Shown: positions 1 through 8,820, counted from the stretch's first letter. The stretch is DNA of 64,000 nt from Bacteroidales bacterium (GCA_017991835.1 JAGOPY010000005.1:155487-219486), one strand, 5' to 3'. Translations and numbers: made by a program. The notes: a model not told the origin generated them from the sequence alone.

Positions 1-697
1 CGGTGCGGTTCGATCCGTCGGTGGAGCCGGTGCGGCTTCCGCGGTGGCCGTAGTATCCGCCATCGGGAGTCGGTTCAGGATAGATCGGGTAATATCCTCC
101 ATAATAACCATCCCAGTATCCATCCCAGTAGCCGTTGTTATATCCGGCCCAGTAAGAACCGCCCCAGTAGCCGGGATAACCGTACCCCCATCCGTAATAG
201 TAAGGATTATACCATGGATCCCAGTAGCTGTAGTAGGGCCGGTAGTGGTAATACGGATAACCGTAATATCCCCAGCTCGGTCCGAAGCTCAGGGAGAAGC
301 TGGGCCCGCAGCATCCGTATCCGCTGTAGATCGAACTTCCCATGTAGTAAGGATCGTAGCTGTAATAATAATTGTCGGTGTAATAGTTGTTGTAATAGTC
401 AAATCCGGGGTTATCGCTGTGGAACCGTTTGATCCGGGAAGAATATTCGTAATCGTAATATTCATCCGAACTGAATTCCCCCTCTTCATATTCGGGAGAA
501 TAATAATCCCCCTCGTATGCGGTGGTCGATTCTACGGGTTCTGACTGAACGGTAACGTCTTTGCTGTTGCTGACCGTATTCGACGGCTTTTCAGAAGTAG
601 TATAAACTTCATCGTAAGGAGCCGACGCGTTGTAGGTCGATGAACAGGACGCCAGGAACAAGGCGGCGAGAACGGTTAATACGGCTAAATTTTTCAT
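1..697 (-). CDS. Tyr/Gly/Trp-rich low-complexity lipoprotein (partial; 3' end lies outside the window)
   Basis: The ATG is at 695-697 on the minus strand. MKNLAVLTVLAALFLASCSS is a signal peptide with a lipobox (LASC). The frame stays open to position 1, so the ORF track misses it because there is no stop in the window. The body is made of YYxxYY, GYW and WDGYW repeats. Confidence 0.6.
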   Translation of the reverse strand, partial: MKNLAVLTVLAALFLASCSSTYNASAPYDEVYTTSEKPSNTVSNSKDVTVQSEPVESTTAYEGDYYSPEYEEGEFSSDEYYDYEYSSRIKRFHSDNPGFDYYNNYYTDNYYYSYDPYYMGSSIYSGYGCCGPSFSLSFGPSWGYYGYPYYHYRPYYSYWDPWYNPYYYGWGYGYPGYWGGSYWAGYNNGYWDGYWDGYYGGYYPIYPEPTPDGGYYGHRGSRTGSTDGSNRT

Positions 698-755
698 GGT
701 TGTATCCTCCAGTATTTTAATTGCCTTGTGGCACCTGTCAAAGATCTTATTTGAT

Positions 756-763
756 TATTTTTG
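756..763 (+). promoter_or_regulatory. Bacteroidota -7 promoter box TAnnTTTG (tatttttg) upstream of proS
   Basis: Exact match to TAnnTTTG, about 45 nt upstream of the ATG at 810. Confidence 0.35.
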
Positions 764-809
764 TGCCACATTTCACCTGAAAAAAGCAAATACTATACCA
801 AAATAAGAA

Positions 810-2282
810 ATGGCTAAAGATTTTTCTACAAGGGAAGATAATTACGCGCAGTGGTACAACGACCTGGTGATCAAAGCCGACCTGGCCGAAAACTCCGCCG
901 TAAGGGGCTGTATGATCATCAAACCCTATGGATACGCGATCTGGGAGATGATGCAATCATCGCTTGACAAGATGTTCAAGGATACGGGGCATGTGAATGC
1001 CTATTTCCCGCTGTTCATCCCGAAATCTTTCTTCAGCAAGGAGGCCTCGCATGTGGAAGGTTTTGCGAAGGAGTGCGCCGTGGTGACCCATTACCGGCTG
1101 AAAAACTCCCCCGATGGCAAAGGTGTCGTGGTGGATCCCGAGGCGAAGCTGGAAGAGGAGCTGATCATCCGTCCCACCTCCGAAACGATCATCTGGGACA
1201 CCTACCGCAACTGGATCCAGTCGTACCGCGACCTGCCCATCCTGGTCAACCAGTGGGCGAACGTGGTCAGGTGGGAGATGCGCACCCGGTTGTTCCTGCG
1301 TACCGCCGAGTTCCTCTGGCAGGAAGGGCACACCGCGCACGCCACCGAGGCCGAAGCCGTCGAGGAAGCGCTGAAGATACTGGACGTTTACACCCGTTTC
1401 GCCGAAGAATTCCTGGCCATGCCGGTACTGCGCGGGGTGAAATCGCCGAATGAGCGGTTTGCAGGAGCCGTAGAGACCTACTGTATCGAAGGATTGATGC
1501 AGGACGGCAAAGCGTTGCAGGCCGGAACGAGCCATTTCCTGGGGCAGAACTTTGCCCGGGCATTCGACGTGAAGTTTTTAAGCAAAGAGAATAAGCTAGA
1601 ACATGTGTGGGCAACCTCGTGGGGCGTTTCAACCCGCCTGATCGGAGCTTTGATCATGACCCACAGCGACGATCACGGGCTGGTGCTTCCGCCGAAACTG
1701 GCACCGCACCAGGTGGTGATCGTGCCTATCTATAAGACTGCAGAGCAGCTTGCCATGATCACCGAAAAGGCGAACAGCATCAAAAAAGACCTGGAATCCA
1801 AAGGGATACGGGTGAAATACGACGGGCGCGACACGCAGAAACCGGGCTGGAAATTCAACGAATACGAGTTCAAAGGCGTTCCGGTGCGCATCGCCATTGG
1901 CCCGAGAGACCTGGAGAACAACACGGTGGAGGTGGCCCGGCGCGACACGCTCGAAAAAGATACGCTGCAAGCCGACCATCTCGGCACCAAGATTGAGCAC
2001 CTGCTCCAGCAGATCCAGAAGAACCTCTACCAGAAAGCGCTGAATTACAGGGAGAACAATACATTCAAGGTCGATTCATGGGCTGAGTTCAGGGAAAAGA
2101 TCGAAGAAGGCGGGTTCTTGCTGGCCCACTGGGATGGGACGACAGAGAGCGAAGAGAAGATCAAGGATGAGACCAAGGCCACGATCCGTACCATTCCGCT
2201 CGACGGGCCGAAAGAGAGCGGCAAATGTGTCTATTCGGGACGGCCTTCGGCACAGCGGGTGGTGTTTGCCCGGGCGTATTGA
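810..2282 (+). CDS. proS: Prolyl-tRNA synthetase (archaeal/eukaryote-like class II type, 490 aa)
   Basis: The translation [25 protein letters not shown]...HFLGQNFA...[14 protein letters not shown] is typical of Bacteroidota ProRS in both sequence and length. Confidence 0.95.
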   Translation: MAKDFSTREDNYAQWYNDLVIKADLAENSAVRGCMIIKPYGYAIWEMMQSSLDKMFKDTGHVNAYFPLFIPKSFFSKEASHVEGFAKECAVVTHYRLKNSPDGKGVVVDPEAKLEEELIIRPTSETIIWDTYRNWIQSYRDLPILVNQWANVVRWEMRTRLFLRTAEFLWQEGHTAHATEAEAVEEALKILDVYTRFAEEFLAMPVLRGVKSPNERFAGAVETYCIEGLMQDGKALQAGTSHFLGQNFARAFDVKFLSKENKLEHVWATSWGVSTRLIGALIMTHSDDHGLVLPPKLAPHQVVIVPIYKTAEQLAMITEKANSIKKDLESKGIRVKYDGRDTQKPGWKFNEYEFKGVPVRIAIGPRDLENNTVEVARRDTLEKDTLQADHLGTKIEHLLQQIQKNLYQKALNYRENNTFKVDSWAEFREKIEEGGFLLAHWDGTTESEEKIKDETKATIRTIPLDGPKESGKCVYSGRPSAQRVVFARAY

Positions 2283-2286
2283 GGGG

Positions 2287-2395
2287 TCATAAGCTCACTG
2301 CGTTCGCGTCATTGGCTCACTTTGTTCGCGTCAAAAGCTCGCTGCGCGAGCGTCATAAAGTAGTCATAAAGTAGTCATTTTGTAGTAATAAGGTT
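2287..2395. repeat. REP-like repeat, locus 1: three tandem ~23-nt units (GCTCACTKCGTTCGCGTCA-like), then agtagtcataa x3
   Basis: The units are gctcactgcgttcgcgtca, gctcactttgttcgcgtca and gctcgctgcgcgagcgtca. The same family occurs at 20643-20694 (inverted) and 39849-39948. Confidence 0.8.
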
Positions 2396-2550
2396 GTTAT
2401 TTGGAATCTGGAACCTTCACCGCAGGTGATCCGATATTGAAACAGATTATATTTCAAACCGCTTGCTTTTCCCTCCGGAATAACATATCTTTAATGCGTT
2501 AATTTATCCCCCCGCATTATTAACCTTTAATCCATTGATTATGAAAACAT

Positions 2551-5500
2551 TTGCCCCCCCCCTACGGAATTCTGACATTAATGCTTCTGGCGCTTAGTTG
2601 TATGTTTTGCATGACTGTAAAAGCGCAATCCGTTCAAATCGACAGCACTTTTACGACTGATGGCGAGATCTTCCCGTTCGAACCGGGTGATACCATTTAT
2701 GGTTTGTCAATCTCCGGTACGGTTCAATTATTCAGCGACACCAGCCTGGTTCGCGTTATCCTGTCCGATATTTACGGCAATGAATGGATGGTGTATGAAG
2801 CGTACCCGATGATCGTAGAGGATACAGTATTTGAAATTGAAGAGGAATGTGATGAGACGTGCTATTTAGGATTATTTATCCCCTCTTCACTAAAAATTGA
2901 TTTAATAAATTCGAATTTTGATCTTGACCGATGTATAATTGCGAATACAATGCTTCAAAGTTGCGATTCTCTTAATAGAATTTCAAAGCTTAATAAAGAA
3001 GTTGAAAAGACAGAATATATAAATCGATATATTAATCATTATGATTGGCAATGGATTGCAGACATTTCTTATGAAGATATGGCTCAGTTGAATTATGCCT
3101 CAAAAATAAAACAATATGGCTTAAAGTACAATATGTTGGGATTAGATTATTATCATTCAGGTATATATAAAAATATTCAATCAAATGAAATAACAATAGA
3201 CAATACATCATTAACGAAATCTTTCGATTGGAGATCGAAACATGATGCCAACATCCCTGGTTCTATGTATTATGATAATGACCCTGATGATCCTCAAGTT
3301 GGTAATGGTTGGATGACAAAAGTTAAAAATCAAACCCCATGTGGCGCATGTACTGCTTTTGGCAGCATAGCTGCTTTGGAAGCGGTCACTAATCTTTATT
3401 ATAACTATCATGTCGATTATGAAGAAGATTTATTATTATCGGAAAGAGATGCATTTACTTGTTCTCGTTACGATAATTCTGGTTCAAATGTAGGTTGTAT
3501 ATGTTCGCGTACTTGGGGTAAACCCTTAACACTTGTGATCGACTATATTGTAAGTACAGGTGTTGTAAATGATGAATGTTTTCCATGGATTAATAACTCA
3601 ACCTGCTGTAGTGGTGAAATACCTAATTGTTCTCCGGTTTATTCCGGAAAATGCGATGAAGAAGACATTCGGGTTATTGTCAAACCCGACAATTGTTTCC
3701 ACGAAAACAAGTACCCTCTAGAAACACTTATAGAAAGGCTTAAAACACATCTAATCAATGACGGTCCAATAATATGTACTTTTAATTATAATGAAAACAC
3801 TCAACATGTCATGGCATTAGTTGGATTCTCTACAGATCCTGTTTCAGGAGATTTATTTTGGATTTTGAAAGACAGCCAAGGCACTTTGAATCCACTGACA
3901 GGATATCATTATTGGGCCCATTCCTATTTCGAAGATGTACTTTACGGTGCATTTTATTTTTATTCTAATTCATTGATTACGGATCCTATAAACTACCTAT
4001 CTAGAAGATGGTTTGATAAAGATCAGGATGGATATTACAATTGGGGAATAGGAGAAAGACCACAAAATTTCCTTTGTTCTAATGAGGAAGACTGGAATGA
4101 TAATGACAACCGGACAGGTCCCTGTGATGACAATTTTATCGGGCAACCTGTTAAGCCTGAGATGGAAGTTAAGATCGGTACTTCAAATCCACATACCATT
4201 ACAAATCATGGATTCTATTTTTATCCTGATTTAAATACAACAATACTGTCTTTTAGAATTATTAACCCCGGTAATGCTAATCTCAATTTAGCAGAAATTA
4301 ATCCTGTTACAAAAAGTGGTCCGGATTATGAAAAATTCCTTGTTTCTCAACCTTATTCCGATATTTGTATGGGTGGAGGAGAATCAAGTTTCACGATAGA
4401 ACTCCTGGAACCAAATCCCAATAATATATACCAATGCCTAATACATATTGCCTTGCAGAATATTGATAAAGATGTCCTGGAAGACTTTGAATTTGCGCTG
4501 ATATATAATGGATGCGAAATGGAAGGGGAAGATCAATACATTGATGAATATACAGTTGTTTCGGATTATGAGATCGTCCCTAATGATATTTATATCGAAA
4601 GAAACGGGATACTGGAAGTGACAGGCAGCCTGGCCATGTACCCGGGGTCTGACATTTATGTGGAACCGGGCGGGCTCTTAAAAATCAACGGCGGACTGGT
4701 TACCGGAAGTTGCGGCCAGTTTTGGAATGGTATTGACATTCTGGGAGATCCGGATTTGCCTCAGGTGGCTACTTACCAGGGAAAGGTGGAAATGATTAAT
4801 GGAGGATGCATTGAATACGCTGAGACGGCAATAGAAACCGCTTATCATCCCGAGCCGAGAAGATGGTATCCTTCCGGAGGTATTGTCTATTGCAACAGTG
4901 GGCAATTTAAAGATAATATGACCGACGTCCGCTTTTATCCCTTTACTAACAGGCACCCAATCTCCGGACAGGTTATGCCGAATTTCAGCAGCTTTAATCT
5001 CACCACTTTTGAGACCACGAATGATTATTACCTGTTATGCAATGATGATGCCGGCTCTCATTTATTTTTTGATGACGTTGAAGGAATCAGTATCAGGGGA
5101 TGTGTTTTCGGGAATTACTCGAATGAGGATCAACTGAACCGAGGTAAAGGAATCGAGAGTTATACGGCTGGTTTTGAGATAAAAAGAGCATGCCAGCATT
5201 TTCAATATCCATGTACGGTTCCCTGCCGGTTTGAAAATCTCGATTACGGCATCAGGGCATTTAATTCCAATGGATTCTTCAATATTATCGTGGACAGTGC
5301 ACTATTTAATTATAACAAGCGGGGCATTCATTTTCGCCTGGTGTCAAATCCAACTGTGATCCGGAGTGAATTCAATATTTCTGACCCAAAGGAATATTGG
5401 ACAGGGGATACCTTAGCCGGCTTGTACCTTGATGCCTATACAAAAGGGTTTGTTGTTGAAGAAAATACATTTTCAGGATCTTCCAGATTTGAGTTGGCCG

Positions 5501-6885
5501 CCGGCATCCAAACACTGAATACAGGAGTTGAGCAAAATGAAATCTATAATAACGCATTTAACGATCTCAAGATCGGGATATCTTGCGCCGGTGAGAACAG
5601 GGATGGAAACAACGGTCCGGGATTATGCCTGAAATGCAATGATTTTGAAGATTGCAGTGTCGATATTTATGTAACTTACACTGTAGATGAGAATGAAATT
5701 CCGATCATTACGGGAAATACGGGAATAGCACAAAAACAAGGTGAATCAAATCTTGAAGAACCCTATTATAATGACCTTGCCGCAGGTAATACGTTTTCAG
5801 ACGTGACAAGCTATAATTATATCAATTCTCAGGGTTGTGGATATATTCATTATATCTATCATGGTAACAATCAGACTAATGAAATTCTTGATCCAAATTA
5901 TTTAGGGAGTGATTTTATCTCTGAACCAGATCCGTACGCAACTTATACAAAAGATGGGGCGTGTCTATCTCATCTTGGAGGCAGTATCACCCTTTCTATG
6001 GAGAAAAATCTTCTGACGACTGAGACGGCTTTGATCTCAGATTATAATGATACTTTGCTATTGACGATTGATGGCGGAAACACGGAAGGGCTTAATTACG
6101 AAGTTATTACAAGCTTTCCCGAAGAAGCTCTGGTAATACGGCAAAACCTGATCAACGAGTCTCCCTATTTATCCGATACCGTGATGGTCAGCGCTATCGA
6201 AAAAGAGGAGGTTTTGCCCGGTGCTATGATCAGAGATATTCTGGTTCAGAACCCACAAGCGCCGAAATCCAAAAAGATTCTGGAAGCCCTTGAAAACAGG
6301 CAGGATACCATTCCGGGATATATGATGGAAGAGATCATGCAGGGGTTGAATACATACGGCGCCATGGAGATCCTTGAACAAAAGCTTGGAGAACATATCG
6401 CCAAACGAGACATGGCATGGAAAAATATTAATCTCTATTTCAAGAATGACACGGTCAATTTCGGGTCATCTATCGATAGTTTGATATCCATTTACCTTAA
6501 CGAAAACAGGCTTTCAACCCGATATGAACTGGCATTTATGTATCTTGATCAGGATGATTCGGCAAATGTTAATGACATTTTAAATAGTATCCCTGCTGAA
6601 TTTGATCTTTCGGCCCAGGAATTATCTTTTCATAATCAATACCGGGATATTTTCGATATTCTTATGAATGTGAAAAACGACACCACAGGATTGGATAGTC
6701 TTCAGATTCAGGCGTTAAACGAAATATTCCAGGAGGATAAAGACATTCCAGGCTGCTATGCCTCCAACTTGTTGATAAAAGAAAGATCAATATTTTATCA
6801 TGAGCCGGTTTATATATACAATGAGTTGAAATCTGACCCGCCCTGGAGAGTAAACCTGAGGACAAATCTAAGAAAGAATTCTTAA
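2551..6885 (+). CDS. Large secreted multidomain protein with a papain-like (C1) cysteine peptidase domain, a beta-helix-like middle and a helical C-terminal region; the start codon is uncertain
   Basis: Signal-like N-terminus (LTLMLLALSCMFCMTVKAQS). NQTPCGACTAFGS matches the papain QGSCGSCWAF Cys motif (Cys codon 3349-3351). QHVMALVGF matches the His motif (3805-3807). WILKDSQG resembles the NSWG motif. Possible in-frame starts are TTG 2551 or ATG 2581. Confidence 0.8.
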   Translation: MPPPYGILTLMLLALSCMFCMTVKAQSVQIDSTFTTDGEIFPFEPGDTIYGLSISGTVQLFSDTSLVRVILSDIYGNEWMVYEAYPMIVEDTVFEIEEECDETCYLGLFIPSSLKIDLINSNFDLDRCIIANTMLQSCDSLNRISKLNKEVEKTEYINRYINHYDWQWIADISYEDMAQLNYASKIKQYGLKYNMLGLDYYHSGIYKNIQSNEITIDNTSLTKSFDWRSKHDANIPGSMYYDNDPDDPQVGNGWMTKVKNQTPCGACTAFGSIAALEAVTNLYYNYHVDYEEDLLLSERDAFTCSRYDNSGSNVGCICSRTWGKPLTLVIDYIVSTGVVNDECFPWINNSTCCSGEIPNCSPVYSGKCDEEDIRVIVKPDNCFHENKYPLETLIERLKTHLINDGPIICTFNYNENTQHVMALVGFSTDPVSGDLFWILKDSQGTLNPLTGYHYWAHSYFEDVLYGAFYFYSNSLITDPINYLSRRWFDKDQDGYYNWGIGERPQNFLCSNEEDWNDNDNRTGPCDDNFIGQPVKPEMEVKIGTSNPHTITNHGFYFYPDLNTTILSFRIINPGNANLNLAEINPVTKSGPDYEKFLVSQPYSDICMGGGESSFTIELLEPNPNNIYQCLIHIALQNIDKDVLEDFEFALIYNGCEMEGEDQYIDEYTVVSDYEIVPNDIYIERNGILEVTGSLAMYPGSDIYVEPGGLLKINGGLVTGSCGQFWNGIDILGDPDLPQVATYQGKVEMINGGCIEYAETAIETAYHPEPRRWYPSGGIVYCNSGQFKDNMTDVRFYPFTNRHPISGQVMPNFSSFNLTTFETTNDYYLLCNDDAGSHLFFDDVEGISIRGCVFGNYSNEDQLNRGKGIESYTAGFEIKRACQHFQYPCTVPCRFENLDYGIRAFNSNGFFNIIVDSALFNYNKRGIHFRLVSNPTVIRSEFNISDPKEYWTGDTLAGLYLDAYTKGFVVEENTFSGSSRFELAAGIQTLNTGVEQNEIYNNAFNDLKIGISCAGENRDGNNGPGLCLKCNDFEDCSVDIYVTYTVDENEIPIITGNTGIAQKQGESNLEEPYYNDLAAGNTFSDVTSYNYINSQGCGYIHYIYHGNNQTNEILDPNYLGSDFISEPDPYATYTKDGACLSHLGGSITLSMEKNLLTTETALISDYNDTLLLTIDGGNTEGLNYEVITSFPEEALVIRQNLINESPYLSDTVMVSAIEKEEVLPGAMIRDILVQNPQAPKSKKILEALENRQDTIPGYMMEEIMQGLNTYGAMEILEQKLGEHIAKRDMAWKNINLYFKNDTVNFGSSIDSLISIYLNENRLSTRYELAFMYLDQDDSANVNDILNSIPAEFDLSAQELSFHNQYRDIFDILMNVKNDTTGLDSLQIQALNEIFQEDKDIPGCYASNLLIKERSIFYHEPVYIYNELKSDPPWRVNLRTNLRKNS
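2554..2562 (+). repeat. Poly-C tract (C9) between an upstream ATG (2541) and the body of the 1444-aa ORF
   Basis: Nine C residues counted at 2554-2562. The ATG at 2541 is out of frame with the ORF at C9 and in frame at C8 or C11. Confidence 0.9.
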
Positions 6886-7127
6886 TGTTGTTTCCCAATC
6901 CGGCAGGTAATTATTTCATAGCACAATATGACCTTGTGGGTCAAACTTCTTCGGGAATTTTGAAGATTTGTGATCTTAATGGTAAAGAATTAAGAGCCAT
7001 TCGGTTAAAGGATAAGAAAAACCAGGTAGTAATACCAACCCATGAGTATTCCAATGGCGTTTATTTAATCAGGTTATCTGTTGGAAACTATTTAATGGAT
7101 TCTCAAAAATTAACAATTGTCCGGTAA
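6885..7127 (+). CDS. Stand-alone T9SS type-A C-terminal sorting domain (Por_Secre_tail-like), probably the detached tail of the preceding gene
   Basis: MLFPNPAGNYFIAQYDL...NGVYLIRLSVGNYLMDSQKLTIVR carries the (F/Y)PNPA start and GxY...K end pattern of type-A CTDs. It overlaps the upstream stop in TAATG, and its frame is open back to 6837. Confidence 0.7.
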   Translation: MLFPNPAGNYFIAQYDLVGQTSSGILKICDLNGKELRAIRLKDKKNQVVIPTHEYSNGVYLIRLSVGNYLMDSQKLTIVR

Positions 7128-7131
7128 AAAC

Positions 7132-8739
7132 ATGAAAGGGTTTAAATTTCTATTGTTAGTATTAACAATATTGATCTTGGATAGTTCATTTATCTTCAGC
7201 CAATCCCGTTGGGTAAAAGTATATCACGATGAAATTGATGCCGTTGGCGATATGATAATCGAATCATACGATTATGGCTATTTACTATTGGGACGTCATG
7301 GTCATAATTATTCGAAATTATTATGGCTAATTAAAACAAATATTAATGGTGAAATTTTGTGGGAAAAAACAATTGGGGATGGAATGAAAACGATTACGTT
7401 TTTTGATATGCATCAAGATGTTTTGGGGAATACTTTTTTAGGCGGTGGGAGTTTTTTCTATGATTCCAGCGGAGATCCTATTGTGATGAAAATTAATTCC
7501 TGCGGCGAGCAACAATGGTGCAAGGTCTTTTATACAGATAATAATATGGATTACTCCAGTTGCATGGCTCTTACACAAGAAGGGGAACCGGTTGTTGTTC
7601 TGAACGTGACTAATCCCGATCATACAAAAGATAGGATATGTCTTTCAAAGTTATCCGCGGATGGTGAGCAAATATGGAATCAATGTTATAATTCAAGTGA
7701 TACCAGCCAGCGTAATGAAATTACTTCTGATATTATCTGCACGCCAGACCAGGGGTTTCTTATCACAGGCTTGTGTTATTATGAAGATCCTACAGTTCCA
7801 AATCACTGGATTCCACACCCGTATTTATTAAAGGTTGATTCAACGGGCCTTTTTGAATGGGAGACGGTGATTTTTAAGGAGGCAAATCTTGATGGGGGAC
7901 ATGCATGGAGTAGTATTATAAACCCGAATGAAAATTTTTATTATTCATCCATAAGCCATTATTCTTATCATGATAGTACCGTGAAGTCAAGTCCTGCAAT
8001 AGCAAAATTGGATCTAGATGGCAACGTCATCTCTGTCAATAACATAGTAAACGGCACTAAATATGGAAAGTTATCCTATGCACAATTTCTGAATGATTCC
8101 ACGCTTGCCGCCAGTGCCGGATGGGGAAATTCCGATTCCGACCTCTGGTCCAGGGCCGTTATCATCGACACACTTGGAAACCTGCTGATTTCGACTGTTT
8201 TAATGCAGGATATCTATACCAGTATCTTGCAGGTAACCTATGACGGCAAACTGGTCTATGCGTCAAATACTTATCAGAACGACCAGTTTGACTTTTATCT
8301 GACCAAACTGAACCAAAATCTCGAAGACGACTCCCTCTACACATTCCCTTTCACTTACGACAGCCTATGCCCTTACCAGATCGATTCGGATACGATTGTG
8401 CAGGATGATTGCGAATTGATTGTCGGCGTGGAGGAGGAAGAGGAGATAAGGAGACAAGGGGACAAGGAGACAAGGGGAGAATTGGATATCTGGCCGAACC
8501 CGGCGTCAGGGATTGTCGATTGCCGATTGCCGATTGTCGATTTACGAGGGGATTGGACATTGATGATTTACGATATTTTCGGGCGGCCAGCCCCCATCCC
8601 CGGCCCTTCCCCCACACGGGGGAAGGGAGAAGTGTGGTGGTCTTTGGACGTTTCAAACCTGCCGCCTGGCGTTTACTTTATTTCAATTTTGCAGGACGGG
8701 TGGCGGGTAAAAGGAGGAAAGTTCGTGGTAAGCAGGTGA
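7132..8739 (+). CDS. Secreted T9SS cargo protein of unknown function, with a type-A C-terminal sorting domain
   Basis: ATG at 7132 gives MKGFKFLLLVLTILILDSSFIFSQ (signal peptide). The C-terminus IWPNPASG...PPGVYFISILQDGWRVKGGKFVVSR is a CTD. The ORF-track start at 7117 is a TTG. Confidence 0.8.
   Translation: MKGFKFLLLVLTILILDSSFIFSQSRWVKVYHDEIDAVGDMIIESYDYGYLLLGRHGHNYSKLLWLIKTNINGEILWEKTIGDGMKTITFFDMHQDVLGNTFLGGGSFFYDSSGDPIVMKINSCGEQQWCKVFYTDNNMDYSSCMALTQEGEPVVVLNVTNPDHTKDRICLSKLSADGEQIWNQCYNSSDTSQRNEITSDIICTPDQGFLITGLCYYEDPTVPNHWIPHPYLLKVDSTGLFEWETVIFKEANLDGGHAWSSIINPNENFYYSSISHYSYHDSTVKSSPAIAKLDLDGNVISVNNIVNGTKYGKLSYAQFLNDSTLAASAGWGNSDSDLWSRAVIIDTLGNLLISTVLMQDIYTSILQVTYDGKLVYASNTYQNDQFDFYLTKLNQNLEDDSLYTFPFTYDSLCPYQIDSDTIVQDDCELIVGVEEEEEIRRQGDKETRGELDIWPNPASGIVDCRLPIVDLRGDWTLMIYDIFGRPAPIPGPSPTRGKGEVWWSLDVSNLPPGVYFISILQDGWRVKGGKFVVSR
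8443..8482 (+). repeat. Octamer tandem array (gagataag gagacaag gggacaag gagacaag gggagaat) inside the CDS
   Basis: Five phased 8-nt units read directly from the sequence. They encode EIRRQGDKETRGE just upstream of the CTD. Confidence 0.85.
8511..8543 (+). repeat. Heptamer tandem array (gattgtc gattgcc gattgcc gattgtc gattt) inside the T9SS sorting domain
   Basis: About 4.7 phased 7-nt units encoding GIVDCRLPIVDLR. The unit GAYTGYC resembles the array in the RluA-family gene. Confidence 0.85.
8604..8627. repeat. Perfect 10-bp hairpin (cccttccccc-acac-gggggaaggg) inside the CDS
   Basis: Stem 8604-8613 pairs with 8618-8627 around a 4-nt loop. It encodes PSPTRGKG within the sorting domain. Confidence 0.8.
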
Positions 8740-8768
8740 TTATACGATTCGTAGTCAACACCTCACCA

Positions 8769-8817
8769 ATCCTTAAACCCTTAAAACCCATAAATCCTTA
8801 AATCCTTAAAACCTACA
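8769..8817. repeat. Tandem array with a ~8-nt unit (atccttaa-like, 6 units) between convergent stop codons
   Basis: Units are atccttaa, acccttaa, aacccataa, atccttaa, atccttaa, aacctaca. The array lies between the stops at 8739 and 8821. Confidence 0.8.
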
Positions 8818-8820
8818 ACT

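Noticed and set aside
1-30. GGTTCGATCC string resembling a tRNA T-arm at the window edge
   Set aside because: The flanks give at best a 4-bp stem with a 6-nt loop, there is no acceptor or CCA context, and the stretch lies within a well-supported minus-strand CDS.
44-544. 166-aa plus-strand ORF rich in Val, Ile and Pro
   Set aside because: It is the antisense shadow of the Tyr-rich lipoprotein frame: TAC/TAT codons read backwards as GTA/ATA. The minus-strand frame has a start codon, signal peptide and lipobox, and this ORF has none.
2551-8739. Calling the low-GC block a mobile genomic island
   Set aside because: There is no integrase, transposase, tRNA or direct-repeat boundary, and the GC switches occur inside ORFs. 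It is reported only as a compositional mosaic.
8409-8801. 130-aa alternative-frame ORF across the repeat-rich end of the cargo gene
   Set aside because: It is produced by the repeat arrays being open in several frames. The annotated frame carries the complete T9SS CTD pattern.
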